In this document: positions 27,801-40,047 of the stretch, piece after piece | How positions within the stretch are numbered: position 1 is the stretch's first letter | Layout of the letters: each line of letters begins with the position of its first letter | Assembly (NCBI GenBank): GCA_043228905.1 | Contig: JBHGNT010000017.1 | Location: 4,154,001 to 4,218,000 of the forward strand | DNA from: Azolla caroliniana | Taxonomy: Eukaryota; Plantae; Polypodiophyta | Length of the DNA stretch: 64,000 nucleotides | Reading direction: 5' to 3' | Notes under the pieces: generated by a model | Databases searched by the model: none | Told to the model about the DNA's origin: nothing | What the model saw: the letters and a program-made list of their open reading frames with translations, nothing else | Translations under genes and position numbers: made by a program

Positions 27801-30800
27801 CTAAAGATGTTCCATCAGAAAGTTTACCGGTTGTGCTAAATATGTTGGAGAAACAGCTAAGTGGAATTCTGATGAACAAAATGGGATCTCTGTCAGTCAG
27901 TGAGTCAAAGACCACCGTATATGTGGGCATGGAAGGCATGGGCATTGTAGGAGCAATAGCTGTGACTGACAATCTCCGTAAAGATGCAAAACTAACCATT
28001 GAAAGGTCTCTTTCCTATCATACAAATGCACCGTTCTCTTAAGGCCTTCTGCAATCTGGATTACTGGTTGCTTTAATAAAAAGATACTCATTATCTTCTT
28101 TTCTTCTGGGCTTCATACAGTTTGCAGGAAATGGGGATAGAGACTTTAGTTCTGTCTGGCGACAGGGAAGAGGCAGTTGCAAGCATTGCTGGAGGTCTTG
28201 GCATAAATTATATGCATGGGGGCTTAAAACCCAAAGACAAAGCTGATTTAATTGCAGACTTGCAGAGGAAAGGATTTTGTGTTGCAATGGTATGTCCAAG
28301 CTCTGATTTGAACAGATGGAACTCTGAAATCTAAACAATGGATTCTGACTAGATTTATGCCTTAGTGAAATTGATGGATCTGGAATAATAAGCACATTGA
28401 TTGTAGGTTAAACTTAATGTGCCTATTATATCAGTGCCTATTATATCATAAGATTATAAATCATCAATTCTGATTCCTGATCACCTCAAGTTCTGTGCAT
28501 GTTTCGTGTGTAGAATTATTCTTTATAAAAGCATACCATCTGTAACCTGAGGATAATAACTGATACAGTTCGTGATTGTTTGGCTTGTAACTATCAATAT
28601 AGGTTGGAGATGGCGTGAATGATGCACCGGCCCTTGCAGCAGCTGATGTGGGCATGGCTTTGAAGATGCAAAAGAGTGAAGATGCTGCTTCAGATGCAGC
28701 GTCTGCAATTCTTCTCGGCAATACTCTATCTCAGGTTAGTCATTCTTAGTTATCAATCCTTTTCTTATGTAATTGGATCACTGGGGTACTGTGGCATGGT
28801 ATATTCCAATGGTTTAAAAAAAATGCTACTTTGTTGTGGTACTTAACTGACTTCTTGCAGGGAAGGAAACTATATTCCATATCAAACAACATTAAACAGC
28901 TTCTTAAAGAATGATATTAGGTTCCAGACATGGCTTCTCAGATATGCAAGACAGTTAAACCACTAAATATTTGAATGAACTTACAAAATGAGCCAAGGCA
29001 TGCTTAGGGATATCAATAACTGTTCTCAATTAAGATGTATAGCTGCCCATCTGCTCAAACTGTCGAATGTGATCTGGGATATAAATAACCATTCTCACTT
29101 AATATGTAGAGCTGCCCATCTACTCTAAATGTCAAATGTTTGCACCATCCTAATGTGATTGTCTTACATTATTAAAGTTGCACTGAGACAACCATTTTTT
29201 CTCTGAATTTTGTACAGGTGGTAGAGGCAATTGAGTTATCACGGGCCACTATTCAAAAAGTTAAACAAAATCTAGGGTGGGCTCTGACATACAATGCAAT
29301 TGCCATTCCTTTGGCTGCTGGTGTTCTATTACCAAACTATGGATTCTCAATGTCTCCTTCTATTGCAGGTGTGTTTAAGATCTTTTCCTTTTCTTCTATT
29401 TTAAGCTAATGCATGGTTAAAATGTCATTTGAACCTTTGCTTCCTACTGAAACCTTCTAGCGATGTAGTCCAATCAGTGGAATTCAAACCGGTTTAAGTG
29501 CATGGGTTAATAAACACTTGCTCTCCAATAGGGGCATGGCCCGAATGTGGAGAGAAATAAATGTTACCTTTAACATCTTCAAAAACCTGGAAAGAAAGAA
29601 AGGTATATCAATATCTTTTACTAGGCCAAAATTGCCGAGAATACCAAACAAAATATTCTTAAAATGTTGTCTTGTCTTTGAGAACAACGAAATCAAAATA
29701 AATGTAATTAGAACGAGAGAATGGATGTTTTATTGTCCATGCAGAGGCCAAATTTGACCTATGGGACTGAATAAACATATCATCTTATATGTGAGAGATA
29801 TATTTTATTATCAGCTTTGAAGGTCAAATATGACCTACAAGACAAAAAAATTAGTGTTTTCATGTAGTACATGTGAAAATGAGTAGTGACTCTTGATCTT
29901 CACCAACATTACTAAATGAATGTTCCAATTGAGAGTACACACTATGACTATGAGATAAATGCGTTTAAGGATTGGGTTGGTTCGAAGATTTGTGAAAAGC
30001 ATAGTTGAATTTTATCGAAGGTGGAATTTTGTATGAAGTGTGATTCCCATACAATTTTAATCTGTCAATGAGTGGGTGTGAACCTTAAAACAAGGTACCC
30101 AACAACCATTTCCATAGCTATAATCTCATGGGAAGTGATCCCATCTCAAGATGTAAGACATGTTTTTGAATGGTGAAAAAGGTAATTCTTGAGAATCCAA
30201 CATTTAATTTCTCCACTATTGCATATGTTCTCAAATGCATGGTATGGTCTCTTTCCTTCCTCTGAGTGGCGGGTAGCACATTCATTCCACCTATGATATG
30301 AAGGAACTTCAATTCCACACAATTTCAAGTAGCTCATTGACGTACAAAATGTCTGGTTTATCCTTATTTTGGCTCATCACAAGCATAATCTTCATTTTAG
30401 TGCTATTGACACTCATCTTCATATGCATGCAAAACTCTTCCAATGCCTTCATAAGCTTTTTGCATCTGCTAAATTATTTGCAAAAAGCACCACAAAAGCA
30501 TGGTGACTATACTCCTAATGGCAACTTCCTCGATACCTTTTTCCTTTATTAACTTGACAACCATTTGTTCTAATTTATCAATGCATAAACCAAATAGAGT
30601 TGGTGAGAGTGGTCATCAATTCCATTGCCTATATGTACATGACATAAACCTTCTCACAAATTCAAGAAATTGCAAGCATATATTCTTTTGCTACCTTGAG
30701 TTCTTCCATGCACCTCCAAAGATGCTCGTGGTGTACTATATCAAAAGCTTTCTTGAATTCTATGAAGTAACAATATAAACCCCTACCTCTCAAGCAACAT

Positions 30801-30936
30801 TTTTCGAAGAAATACTTGAAGGGTGTTATGTTGTCAAAAGGCAGCTTGTCTTTAAGCCGTAACTGTGTTCTTTTCCCCACACTTATCTTTGATTCCATTA
30901 GACATCTAGATAGTTTTGCCATAGTTTTACCATAAG

Positions 30937-30989
<53 letters not shown>

Positions 30990-31102
30990 ATTTTTCTTTT
31001 ACAGGTGCAATGATGGCGATGAGTTCTATTATTGTTGTTTCAAACTCTTTATCTTTGAAGCTCCATCCATTGGGTCGTGTGTCACAAGAAGCAAAAGTTT
31101 GA
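18832..31102 (+). CDS. PAA2: Chloroplast copper-transporting P1B-type ATPase PAA2/HMA8 (multi-exon)
   Basis: Transit peptide, HMA motif GMMCGAC, SPNMNTLV, FFDEP, PGETIPVD, DESMLTGEP, REAPVQRLADSIAG, ACPCALGLATPTA (about 26405-26470), DK|TGT split by intron 27240/27518, HPIA, LSGDREE, GDGVNDAPAL, MMAMSSIIVVSNSL. Stop TGA ends at 31102. Confidence 0.92.
21660..22335 (-). mobile_element. Older 5'-truncated RTE/RTEX-like LINE copy in a PAA2 intron
   Basis: Homologous to 23255-25410 (YEDQRCLGLFLQELKRH; 3' end CCAAAATGGCCTATAAG next to GAAAGAAAGA). Confidence 0.75.
22380..22615. repeat. About 61-bp intronic tandem repeat, about 4 copies
   Basis: ATGCAGTAATATGCTCAGAAAC..TGGA..GACGTAC.AAAATTG.TTAC recurs. 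Confidence 0.75.
23255..25410 (-). mobile_element. Two head-to-tail 5'-truncated RTE/RTEX-like LINE copies (about 23255-24140 and 24141-25410) in a PAA2 intron
   Basis: LRTSSHQLQIEVGRY...EERICQLC...VESEEHYVCHC zinc-knuckle-like C-terminus in both copies. Each 3' end abuts (GA)n or (GAAA)n. Confidence 0.85.
29790..30945 (-). mobile_element. Degenerate LINE reverse transcriptase fragment in the last PAA2 intron
   Basis: YCYFIEFKKAFDIVHHEHLW (RT FVDFKKAFD motif). Bounded by (GA)n at about 30945-30985. Confidence 0.7.
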
Positions 31103-31900
31103 AGTGCATGTACATTGTAGTTATTTGCAGAGTGAATGAACTTCATGCATGGCAATAATATACCTTAAGTTTCACTTAATTTATCTTATGACTACCTAAT
31201 TTCCAATTTATTTCTTCCCATTCCATATCTGCTACCAAAGAGCGCGGCTTCCATTTTCCATTCCTGCCCCTCTGACTGGAATGCTGATGTTCTTTTTAGT
31301 TCTTTTTAACATGAAATCTATAAAGCCCAAAATCCCCCACCACTGAATCCCTTTGGCTATAAGATGTACATACCTTGTGTGATTCTCTTCACCTCTTGCC
31401 TAATAAATTATAATTAGTTTTATGCATCTCATAACTTCAATGTTATTATATCTTAGACATTAACACTGATATGTCTCCACGTGCCTAACTGTCTGTGCCC
31501 ACTGGTAATCAATTTTGGATGATTCAAAATTTTCAACATTGCAAGAATTGTTTTGTTTCTCTTACATTTTGCGATCATTCCCATATAGTCTTTTCTTAAG
31601 GTCAACTGAATTATGATAACCAGGTGTCTTCTGTTTGCATTCCTGCCAAAACCTGAAATAATTCTTCTCGTCAAATGCATTTAAGCATATCTTTCTTGGG
31701 GCTAATTTGAAAATTTTAGATTCGGATCCCTCATTAGTTTGATAGTATGATGCTATGGTCTTAGAATTTAGTTGAGTCATAATGGTAACATTCCATGGAG
31801 TTGCTCCATTCAAGATATATCTCATCATATATTAAGTCATCATCATGGGGGATAAGGACTATGGTCTGAGTAATCAGGTTGAGGTTGGTCTAAGAGTTCT

Positions 31901-34465
31901 TTACTTTTGCTGCTCACTTTCAGGTGTAGCAACTGGTCCTCTATCCTTGTGCATACCTGATGCAAGGTATATGTCAGACATTTCCAAGTCCATAGGAAAC
32001 ACTTCATTGAAACAATGTCTTCCTATGCTCATACTTCCATAAACCTTGCTAGAATTCAGTAACGATGTCCAAACAATAGGATCTGGAGGTGTGGGCATAG
32101 TTTGCAAAAGGTCTGCTGCTTCATTTAAGTGACCTCTTCGTGCAAAATTATCAACCATGCAGTTGAAGTGCTCAGCTTTTGGCATGATATCATAGGTTTC
32201 AAGCATCGCCCGAAAATGTTCACAACCTTTATTTAGTTGTCCAGAATGGCTGCATGCTGCAAGGATACTAGTGAACATTGCATCAACAGGTTTGGCACCA
32301 TGCTGTTGCATTTCATCAAGGCAACACTGGACTTGATCCAAGTTCCCATACAAAGCATACCCTGCTATCAATGTGCCCCATGAGACTATATTTTTATTGG
32401 GCATGTAATCAAAGATATTACGTGCTTCATCGAGGCTCCCACAGTTTGCATACATTTCAATAAGAGTGCTCCCAACTACAACATCCATTGGAAGTCCAGT
32501 GCTTGCGAACTGATGATGTACCAATCGCCCTTGCTCAATGGATCCAGTGGCACCACAAGACTTCAATATGTACAGTATGGTAATACCATTTGGCTCAATG
32601 CCCTCTTGTTGCATCCTCCTAAACAGCTCAAATGCATTGACATCATGCCCATGCAGGGCATACCCTGTTATCATTGCACCCCATGATACCACATCTCTAT
32701 TAGTAAGGCATTCAAAGACATGACATGCATCTTCGACTTCTTCACATTTTATATAAGTATCTATTAGTGTGCTTCCAGTAATCATATTTTGTTCACACCC
32801 ATTTTGGATGATATGACAATGAACCATCCTGAGAGCTTTGATCACATTCTTGTTTCCACATGCTTTTAAGACAGATGAGAATGTGACTGTACTTGGCTCA
32901 ATACCATCCTGCAGCATTTTGTTGAACAAGCCAAAGACAGAATGCACTTTATCATGCTGGGCATATCCCAATATCATTGCTCCCCATGACACTGAGTCAC
33001 GACTTTGTAATCCTTCAAACAGCCGATATGCATCTTCCAAACTCCCACATTTTGCATACATATCAACCAATGCACTAAGGACAGCCATATCTAGACTAAA
33101 TTCTGATTCAGCAATGTGTGCATGCACTTGTCGACCGTGTTCAATTGATTCCATGCTGCTACAAGAACTTAAAATGCACAAAAACATGGGTTTACTAGGC
33201 TTTAGACCTTCTTGATGCATTCTTGAAAGAAGCCGGAGAGCCATTCCAACATCACCATGCTGCACATATCCTGTCAGGATTGCACCCCACGAAACCATAT
33301 TTTTTTGGGGCAAAGTATTAAACACCTCGTATGCCTCATCCATGCTGCCTAATTTGGCATACATATCAATCATGGAACTACCAACAACTAAATCTAATTC
33401 GAACCCTCCTCTTAATATGAGGTCATGCACATGTCTACCCTCAAGGATCGCACCCACACATCCGCATGCCTTTAACATGGATGACATTGTGGCTTTATCT
33501 GGTTTCATTCCTAGTCCAATCATTTTTGTGAAAAGACCCAAGGCAAGATGTCCATGGCCGTGTCGTGCATAGCCTGTAGTCATAATACAATACGATATTA
33601 TATCTTGGTTTGGTAATCCGTCAAATATATTCTGTGCTTCTTCCAGCTCTCCGCATTTAGCATACATGTCCATTACAGAGCTCCCTACCACTACATCAGA
33701 TTCAAGACCACTTTCAATAAGGAGACCATGTACTAGTAAACCTTGGCCAAAATTTTCCATATTGCCACATGCTCTTAAGACATACAATAGTGATACTTTG
33801 GTTGTGCTCATCCCTTTCTCTTGCATTTCATAGAATAACTCCAAAGCAAGAGTTAAGTCCCCATGCTCGGCATATCCTGCAATTATCACATTCCATGACA
33901 CCTCATTTCGATCTGACAAATCATCGAAAACCTTTCGGGCATCCACTACACTCCCACATTTACAGTACATGTCAATGATCGAGCTTCCCATGACTACATC
34001 CACCAAAACTCCAGCTCGAATAATTTCTCTATGTAGAACTCTACTATTCTTTACACATCCTACAAAGACACAATACTTTATCGCAGACAAATATGAGACC
34101 TTATCAGGAACAATCTCATCTTTCTCCTGCATTTTGCAAAACAAGAGGAGAGTTTGCTCATAGTCTCCAAGATTTAAGTGTGCACTTATGAGTGCATTCC
34201 AAGTAAAAATGCTCGGATTTAATACTTGGTAAAATGCTTCACTAGCATCAACAAGGCTTCCACATGCAGTAAACATGCGGATGATGTGATCCATAATAAA
34301 AGAATCTGAATCAAGCCCATGGATAAATACAATGGAATAAATTTGTCTACCCATTAGAAGGCATTTCTTTTTGGTGCAATCTTGTATATGTTTACAAATA
34401 GATCCCCTCGAAAACAAAAGCTTTTGCTCCAGAGAAGAATCCAAAGTATGCATAGCAACATGCAT
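31901..34465 (-). CDS. Intronless PLS-class pentatricopeptide repeat protein with a truncated E region and no DYW domain
   Basis: Repeated P-L-S motifs (VVGSSxIDMYAKCG / xxVSWGAMIxGYAxHG) ending in KAEHFNCMVDNFARRGHL...PDPIVWTSLL. First ATG at 34465; the ORF stays open to 34501. Confidence 0.92.
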   Translation of the reverse strand: MHVAMHTLDSSLEQKLLFSRGSICKHIQDCTKKKCLLMGRQIYSIVFIHGLDSDSFIMDHIIRMFTACGSLVDASEAFYQVLNPSIFTWNALISAHLNLGDYEQTLLLFCKMQEKDEIVPDKVSYLSAIKYCVFVGCVKNSRVLHREIIRAGVLVDVVMGSSIIDMYCKCGSVVDARKVFDDLSDRNEVSWNVIIAGYAEHGDLTLALELFYEMQEKGMSTTKVSLLYVLRACGNMENFGQGLLVHGLLIESGLESDVVVGSSVMDMYAKCGELEEAQNIFDGLPNQDIISYCIMTTGYARHGHGHLALGLFTKMIGLGMKPDKATMSSMLKACGCVGAILEGRHVHDLILRGGFELDLVVGSSMIDMYAKLGSMDEAYEVFNTLPQKNMVSWGAILTGYVQHGDVGMALRLLSRMHQEGLKPSKPMFLCILSSCSSMESIEHGRQVHAHIAESEFSLDMAVLSALVDMYAKCGSLEDAYRLFEGLQSRDSVSWGAMILGYAQHDKVHSVFGLFNKMLQDGIEPSTVTFSSVLKACGNKNVIKALRMVHCHIIQNGCEQNMITGSTLIDTYIKCEEVEDACHVFECLTNRDVVSWGAMITGYALHGHDVNAFELFRRMQQEGIEPNGITILYILKSCGATGSIEQGRLVHHQFASTGLPMDVVVGSTLIEMYANCGSLDEARNIFDYMPNKNIVSWGTLIAGYALYGNLDQVQCCLDEMQQHGAKPVDAMFTSILAACSHSGQLNKGCEHFRAMLETYDIMPKAEHFNCMVDNFARRGHLNEAADLLQTMPTPPDPIVWTSLLNSSKVYGSMSIGRHCFNEVFPMDLEMSDIYLASGMHKDRGPVATPESEQQK

Positions 34466-37400
34466 TGTAACCTTGTTATTGCACTCCAACACACTTAACA
34501 ATCACAGTGTATTAGGATATTGAAACAAATCATCTCTGTAATAAAAAAGCATCCATCTATAGTGGACACATTATAAAACTAATTGCCCATGCATATATTG
34601 CAATGGAGAATGAAAATATGCATGAGTCTAGATACATACGCATAAATGCGTACAAAAACAATGTGCAAACAAATCATTTTTCTCCCAAATATACATATTT
34701 ATGCAAAGAAAAACTAACAGTTTCAAATATCTGTGTTTGTATTTTGGCATTTCCATATCCAAACTTGGAGAGAAGACTTGTGATACACTTTGTATGCAAC
34801 ACAGAGTTTCCATTTGCAAGAGCTGTGTGTACAGGAGGGCTGTCTGTAAAAAGAAAGTTAAAGAGTGAAAACGAAAAGAGGAAACAAATTGACGCAAAAT
34901 AGCAAATGAGCTGAGGCCATAGAGAAACGCACTTGCGATCCACTGATCTTGGCAGCAAACGCAAAAGAATTGTGTCTTTTCAGTATCATCTTAATTAAAG
35001 TTCAGGCGCTGTGTTACAGAGAGGTTTCCATGGCTTCAGCCTTCAATAATAATAATAATAACACAATAGAAAGCTCCTTCCTCCATTTTCTATGAGTATG
35101 TATTAGTTACTTACATAGCTCTATGGCGTTTACAACACGGCAAGAAACTCGCCGAGCTCCGCCGTCGAGTTTAACAGTGTTGCGGTTGTAGACAATGAGA
35201 TAGAGTTTAACGTTAAGTTTTGGCGAATAACAATGTAGCGGAATGGGGCTGTAAGATAAGTGAGAATGCGAATGCAAACGAGAGAGAATGGGGGCCTCTT
35301 TGTTGTGCCATATATGGGCAGGGGGTCAGTGTGGGCGAGACACCAAGGGGCATTAAACCATATCGTCTCACACAATCTCATGCATGATTCAACATTAATC
35401 TGTGGATTGTTCTGGGATATTCTTGTGCGCATACATCCTAAGTCATTTAACCTTACAATTCCTCGTTACCATTAGCCTATGTTCTCTTATCGAGAAAGTT
35501 GATTACATTGGGTGTAACTTGCTAGCTTTTGTTATTAGAAACTCCAATTCTAATACATTGTCTTGAATCTTAAAACAATATTGGTTAGAAACCTTCACAG
35601 TCGAAAATGTGACACATTTTTTTAATAAAGAAACTTATAGAATATGTTCTATGGGAGAAACCCTTCTTGAAGCTTAAGGACAAATACTAATGCAAAGGCA
35701 TGTATACTATGTGGATACACCCACACATAAGTGACTATTAGGGAAACCAAAGTTCAAGCTATTTTTTAGGCTCGGTGATTAGTCAATCATTGTCTATTAA
35801 CCCCTTTTTTGTCCAACTAAGAGTCATCATTTTCATAAGATTCCTAGGTTTTCTTGTCAAGGTTGGTGTTTGACATATTTCGACGCGTTTAATTGTCTTA
35901 ACCTTTTTAAGGGGGGTTGATTTTTCTTTTCCTATTGCCCCATTGGCGAGTCACATAAAAAATACAAACCAGACGTCTTTTTTCTTTTCCTTGGTTTTTT
36001 GTCTCTTCCAACTTTTCTATATATGTACAATGAATTTCCTAATATTGCACTTTTGAAAACACTATATACATATATGTCTTAGTTTTACACAATCTTAGGT
36101 TGATTCTTGTAGAGTAATGTAACAACATGCGAACAACAATCCATATACCACAACTTCTTTCCTCGTGGAACATATATAAATAGTGAAAGACAACAAGAAC
36201 ATTATAGGTTTGAATCAAATGCTTTGTATGTAAGCTTTGACTAAGCATGGCACACTCATAATACACAACCCAATGACTATTCTCTTTTCTAGAAGGTATT
36301 TCTAGAAGGTATTTCATTGAAATATGGAAATACACGATGAAATATCAATGACTACATCAAATACAAATGGCATATTAGAAAAAAGCCATGAATTAACATT
36401 AAGGGCAAATGAATTTCCTTGTTTTTTTAAAGTATGTAGAATGAAATTCTTGTAATTATATGGGACCCCACAACCTCCTTAAATAAAATTAGATATGTGG
36501 TTATGAAATTCAAGCAAGCTTTTTAAAGAGGATATATACTTAGAAAAGATCAATATGATGTGATTCTAAAATGAAGACCCCGAAAGTGACTATTCACAAT
36601 TCTCAAATTGTACAAGTTGAATAACGTTGAAATGATGGACTTGGGGAGATTAGAGATTTTTATTAACGGAGCATCGACAATTGTGTAGAGCTCCAAAATG
36701 GCAGAAGACAAAGTGGATAGTCTTTAGAAGATCCGTATGTGCATGTACATGTTATTTCCCAAATCTATTGTTGGTTGAAATTCTAGAGATTGTTAGAAGT
36801 CGAGTATTTGCAACTCAAAACAAATTTAAAAATTTGGAGATTAAACCCAACCAAACCTTGACACTATACGAGTCGAATTGTTTAAGCTATCCTCGAGCCC
36901 AAACCTTTAAAACCATGAATTGTAAACCATTTCGCAATTACCTTATATAAAAATATATAATTGAAGATTAGCAACTTGAACGTAAACTAGGGTTGGTGAC
37001 ATGGATTATAAAAATGGCCCTATAAGTATTTAGAATGGGTTTCATGCTGGACAAAAATGCAAATCATGGAACTAGTACAATTCCAAGCAAAACCTTCTAT
37101 CCTCCGTGTTAAACCAAACTACTTTCCAAATTTGGAACTTAAACATAACCATTTCTGTTGTTGAGTTGTTAAGTGGTCATGATGCAGTTTGGGTGCCTGC
37201 CAAACTCGCGGCCAATAGCAAGAGATTACCTTAGCTTTCAAATCACACAAGACATGCATGCAATACCACAAAAATTATTGCACAATCATAACATGTTACT
37301 TAGTACTAGAAAATTAGAGAGATCTCCATGTCGTTAACTAGTTGAGCCATAAAATGTAAAATCGGAAAAATGGACATTTGTGAGCAAGTAGACAAACATG

Positions 37401-37534
37401 GATGGGGATGATAGATAGGGATCTCCAAACAGGAGCGAGCCAATAAGTGCACTACTATTGCATGTTGAGAAGTAAAGAGAGGGTGCGAGGGCGATATGGA
37501 CAATGAGAGAGTCCAGATGGGATGGGATGGGGAT

Positions 37535-38330
37535 GGGCAAATGTCCACCCTCTCAGAACGGAACACAAGAAATGAACCGGCAAATGCTCACCCCCTCAAC
37601 ACACACACAAAACACAAAACAAGAAATGGACAGGCAAATGTCCACCCTCCAAAACACACACAAAACACAACACAACAAAAGAAATAGGTGGACAAATGTC
37701 CACCCTCTCAAAAACAAACAGAAAACACAACACAAACAATGGGTGGGCAGATGTCCACCCTCTCAAAAACAGACAGAAAACACGACACAAACAATGGGTG
37801 GGCAGATGTCCACCCTCTCAAAAATAGACAGAAAACACAACACAAACAATGGGCGGGTAGATGTCCACCCTCTCAAAAACACACAACACAAGAAATGGAT
37901 GGGCAAATGTCCACCCTCTCAAAAACACACAACACAGAAATGGGTGGGCAATTGTCCACCCTCTCTAAAACACACAACACAACACAACACAACACAACAC
38001 AACACAACACAAGAAATGGACGGGCAAATGTCCACCCTTCTCAAAAACGCACAACACCACACGACACAAGAAATGGGCGGGCAAATGTCCACCCTTCTAA
38101 AAAACGCACAACACAACACAACACAAGAAATGGGCGGGCAAATGTCCACCCTTCTCAAAAACACACAACACAAGAAATGGGCGGGCAAATGTCCACCCTC
38201 TCAAAAACGACACACACAAAACACAACACAAGAAATGGGCAAGCAAATGTCCACCCTCTCAAAAACGACACACACAAAACACAACACAAGAAATGGGCGG
38301 GCAAATGTCTACCCTTCTCAAAAACGCACA
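37535..38330. repeat. Minisatellite of about 50-70-bp variable units with core GGGCAAATGTCCACCCTCTCAAAAAC and (CACAA)n
   Basis: About 13 copies of the core. Explains the spurious 300-aa and 228-aa ORFs. Confidence 0.9.
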
Positions 38331-38880
38331 CGCACACGCACACGCACAAGAAAAAGAAAGGCACGAATAAATAAAAAGGAAGGAGAACGGAAAGAAAGCG
38401 CGTAAAAAAAAATAAAAATAAAACAGAGAAGAGTTTTCTGGTCCTTGGAAAGGAAGGAGTCACTGCAGAGTTTATATGAATACCACTTGTCATTCATCTC
38501 CATCTCCATCTCCATCTCCATCTCCATCCTCTGTGTAAAATTTCTAATACCATCTCTGTACTTTCTCTCCCTCCCTCCCTCCATCGCCTCGCTTCTTCCC
38601 GATCTTCCCATTCATTTCCATCTCCCCCCCCCTCCTACTACAATAAGGAAGACTGTGTACATATTTGTGTTTTGTTGTTACTACTGCATGCAATCCCTGC
38701 TTCCTTCCCAATCCTAATCTCCTCCCTCTCCACTGTATTCATCCGCCTAATTAATCTCCTGATCTACTATTCCACATTTCTGTTAAATTGTTTCAGATTT
38801 CTATTCCCTCCCCCCGATCGTGTCGCTTTGATTACCTGTCCAGACAGACAGACAGACAGACAGACAGAGAGGGTTTTGCT

Positions 38881-39774
38881 ATGGCGGATCGTGTCCATCC
38901 AGACGTGGAAGATGCACCATCTGCGCCTCCGCTCCACGAATCCGTGTCCATCCAGATGGTCCCGGAGAAGACGATCCTCAAAGAGCAGGAGCAATCGCTC
39001 ATCTCATCTCATCGAGAGTCTCCAGAGGCCAAGAAGGAACGCAACCACAAGAAGGACATAATCTACAGCACACCGCAGCCATTACCGCCAGATCATCCAA
39101 GCAACAGGAGGACCGGAAGAGAAGGGAGGAGAGGGAGGAGGAGGAGGAACCCTTGCTGTTGCTGCCTGATGTCGTTCATAGCGACGTTGCTGACCATAGC
39201 TGTGATATTAGGGCTAACGGCGGGGATACTGTGGCTGGTGCTAAAGCCGAAGGCGCCGGAGTTCGACGTGACGGACGCCAAGGTGTCGAAGCTGGTTCTG
39301 AAAGCATCATCATCAACGACAGGAGGGACGACGACGCCATCGCTGGATGCGAGCGTGATCTTCACAGTACAGGTAGGAAACCCTAACAAGAAGATAGGGA
39401 TACAGTACGAGTCAGTGCAGGTGAACCTGTCATACGATGGGCAGGAGATAGGGCAAGGCTCCATCCCGGGCTTCTACCAGGGCCACGGAAATGTCACAAT
39501 CCTGACTCTGGACATGGAGGGCTCGGACATCTCGCTCTCCCCGGCCATCGCCTCCTCTCTCAACTCCACTCTCTCGTCGTCCGCCTCCACCCTCTCCTTC
39601 CAGTCCCTGGCCGATGCCCGCGTCCGCGTCAAGGTCGGCTCGTGGACCTCGGGCACTTGCCGCGTCCACGTCAACTGCGACGTGGTCATCACGAGCCCCA
39701 CCGCCTCCTCCCCGGCCGTCTCCCTCGTCTCCAAATCCTGCTCCTTCAAACTCAAGAGCCTTAAGCTCTTCTAG
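38881..39774 (+). CDS. NDR1/HIN1-like (LEA_2 domain) membrane protein
   Basis: MADRVHP start, RRRRNPCCCC before a TM helix, WLVLKPKAPEFDV, NPNKKIGIQYE, IPGFYQGHGN, and C-terminal Cys pattern. Confidence 0.9.
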   Translation: MADRVHPDVEDAPSAPPLHESVSIQMVPEKTILKEQEQSLISSHRESPEAKKERNHKKDIIYSTPQPLPPDHPSNRRTGREGRRGRRRRNPCCCCLMSFIATLLTIAVILGLTAGILWLVLKPKAPEFDVTDAKVSKLVLKASSSTTGGTTTPSLDASVIFTVQVGNPNKKIGIQYESVQVNLSYDGQEIGQGSIPGFYQGHGNVTILTLDMEGSDISLSPAIASSLNSTLSSSASTLSFQSLADARVRVKVGSWTSGTCRVHVNCDVVITSPTASSPAVSLVSKSCSFKLKSLKLF

Positions 39775-39879
39775 CCCCACCCCATCCCCATCCCCGCCCG
39801 TTAAGTAAATTCTTCATCCATCTCCATCCCATAATTCTTCGCCCATCTCCACTTCGGGTCAACTCCATTCGATTGGAAC

Positions 39880-40047
39880 CATGTTTTGTTTTGCATGTAT
39901 ATTATATGTGTGGACATTTTGTTTTGCATGTACATATATGTGCCGACATTTTGTTTTGCATGTATATATGTGTGGACATTTTGCTCTATACGCATGTATA
40001 TATATATATGTGTGGACATTTTGTTTTGCATGTATATATGTGTGCAC
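39880..40047. repeat. About 33-bp tandem repeat (ATGTGTGGACATTTTGTTTTGCATGTATAT), 4-5 copies
   Basis: Directly visible downstream of the NHL gene. Confidence 0.85.

Noticed and set aside
31453-31828. Possible DYW exon downstream of the PPR gene
   Set aside because: No PG box, HSE or CxxC motifs in the available frames.
37503-38405. 300-aa and 228-aa ORFs
   Set aside because: Translations of a minisatellite with no domain signal.
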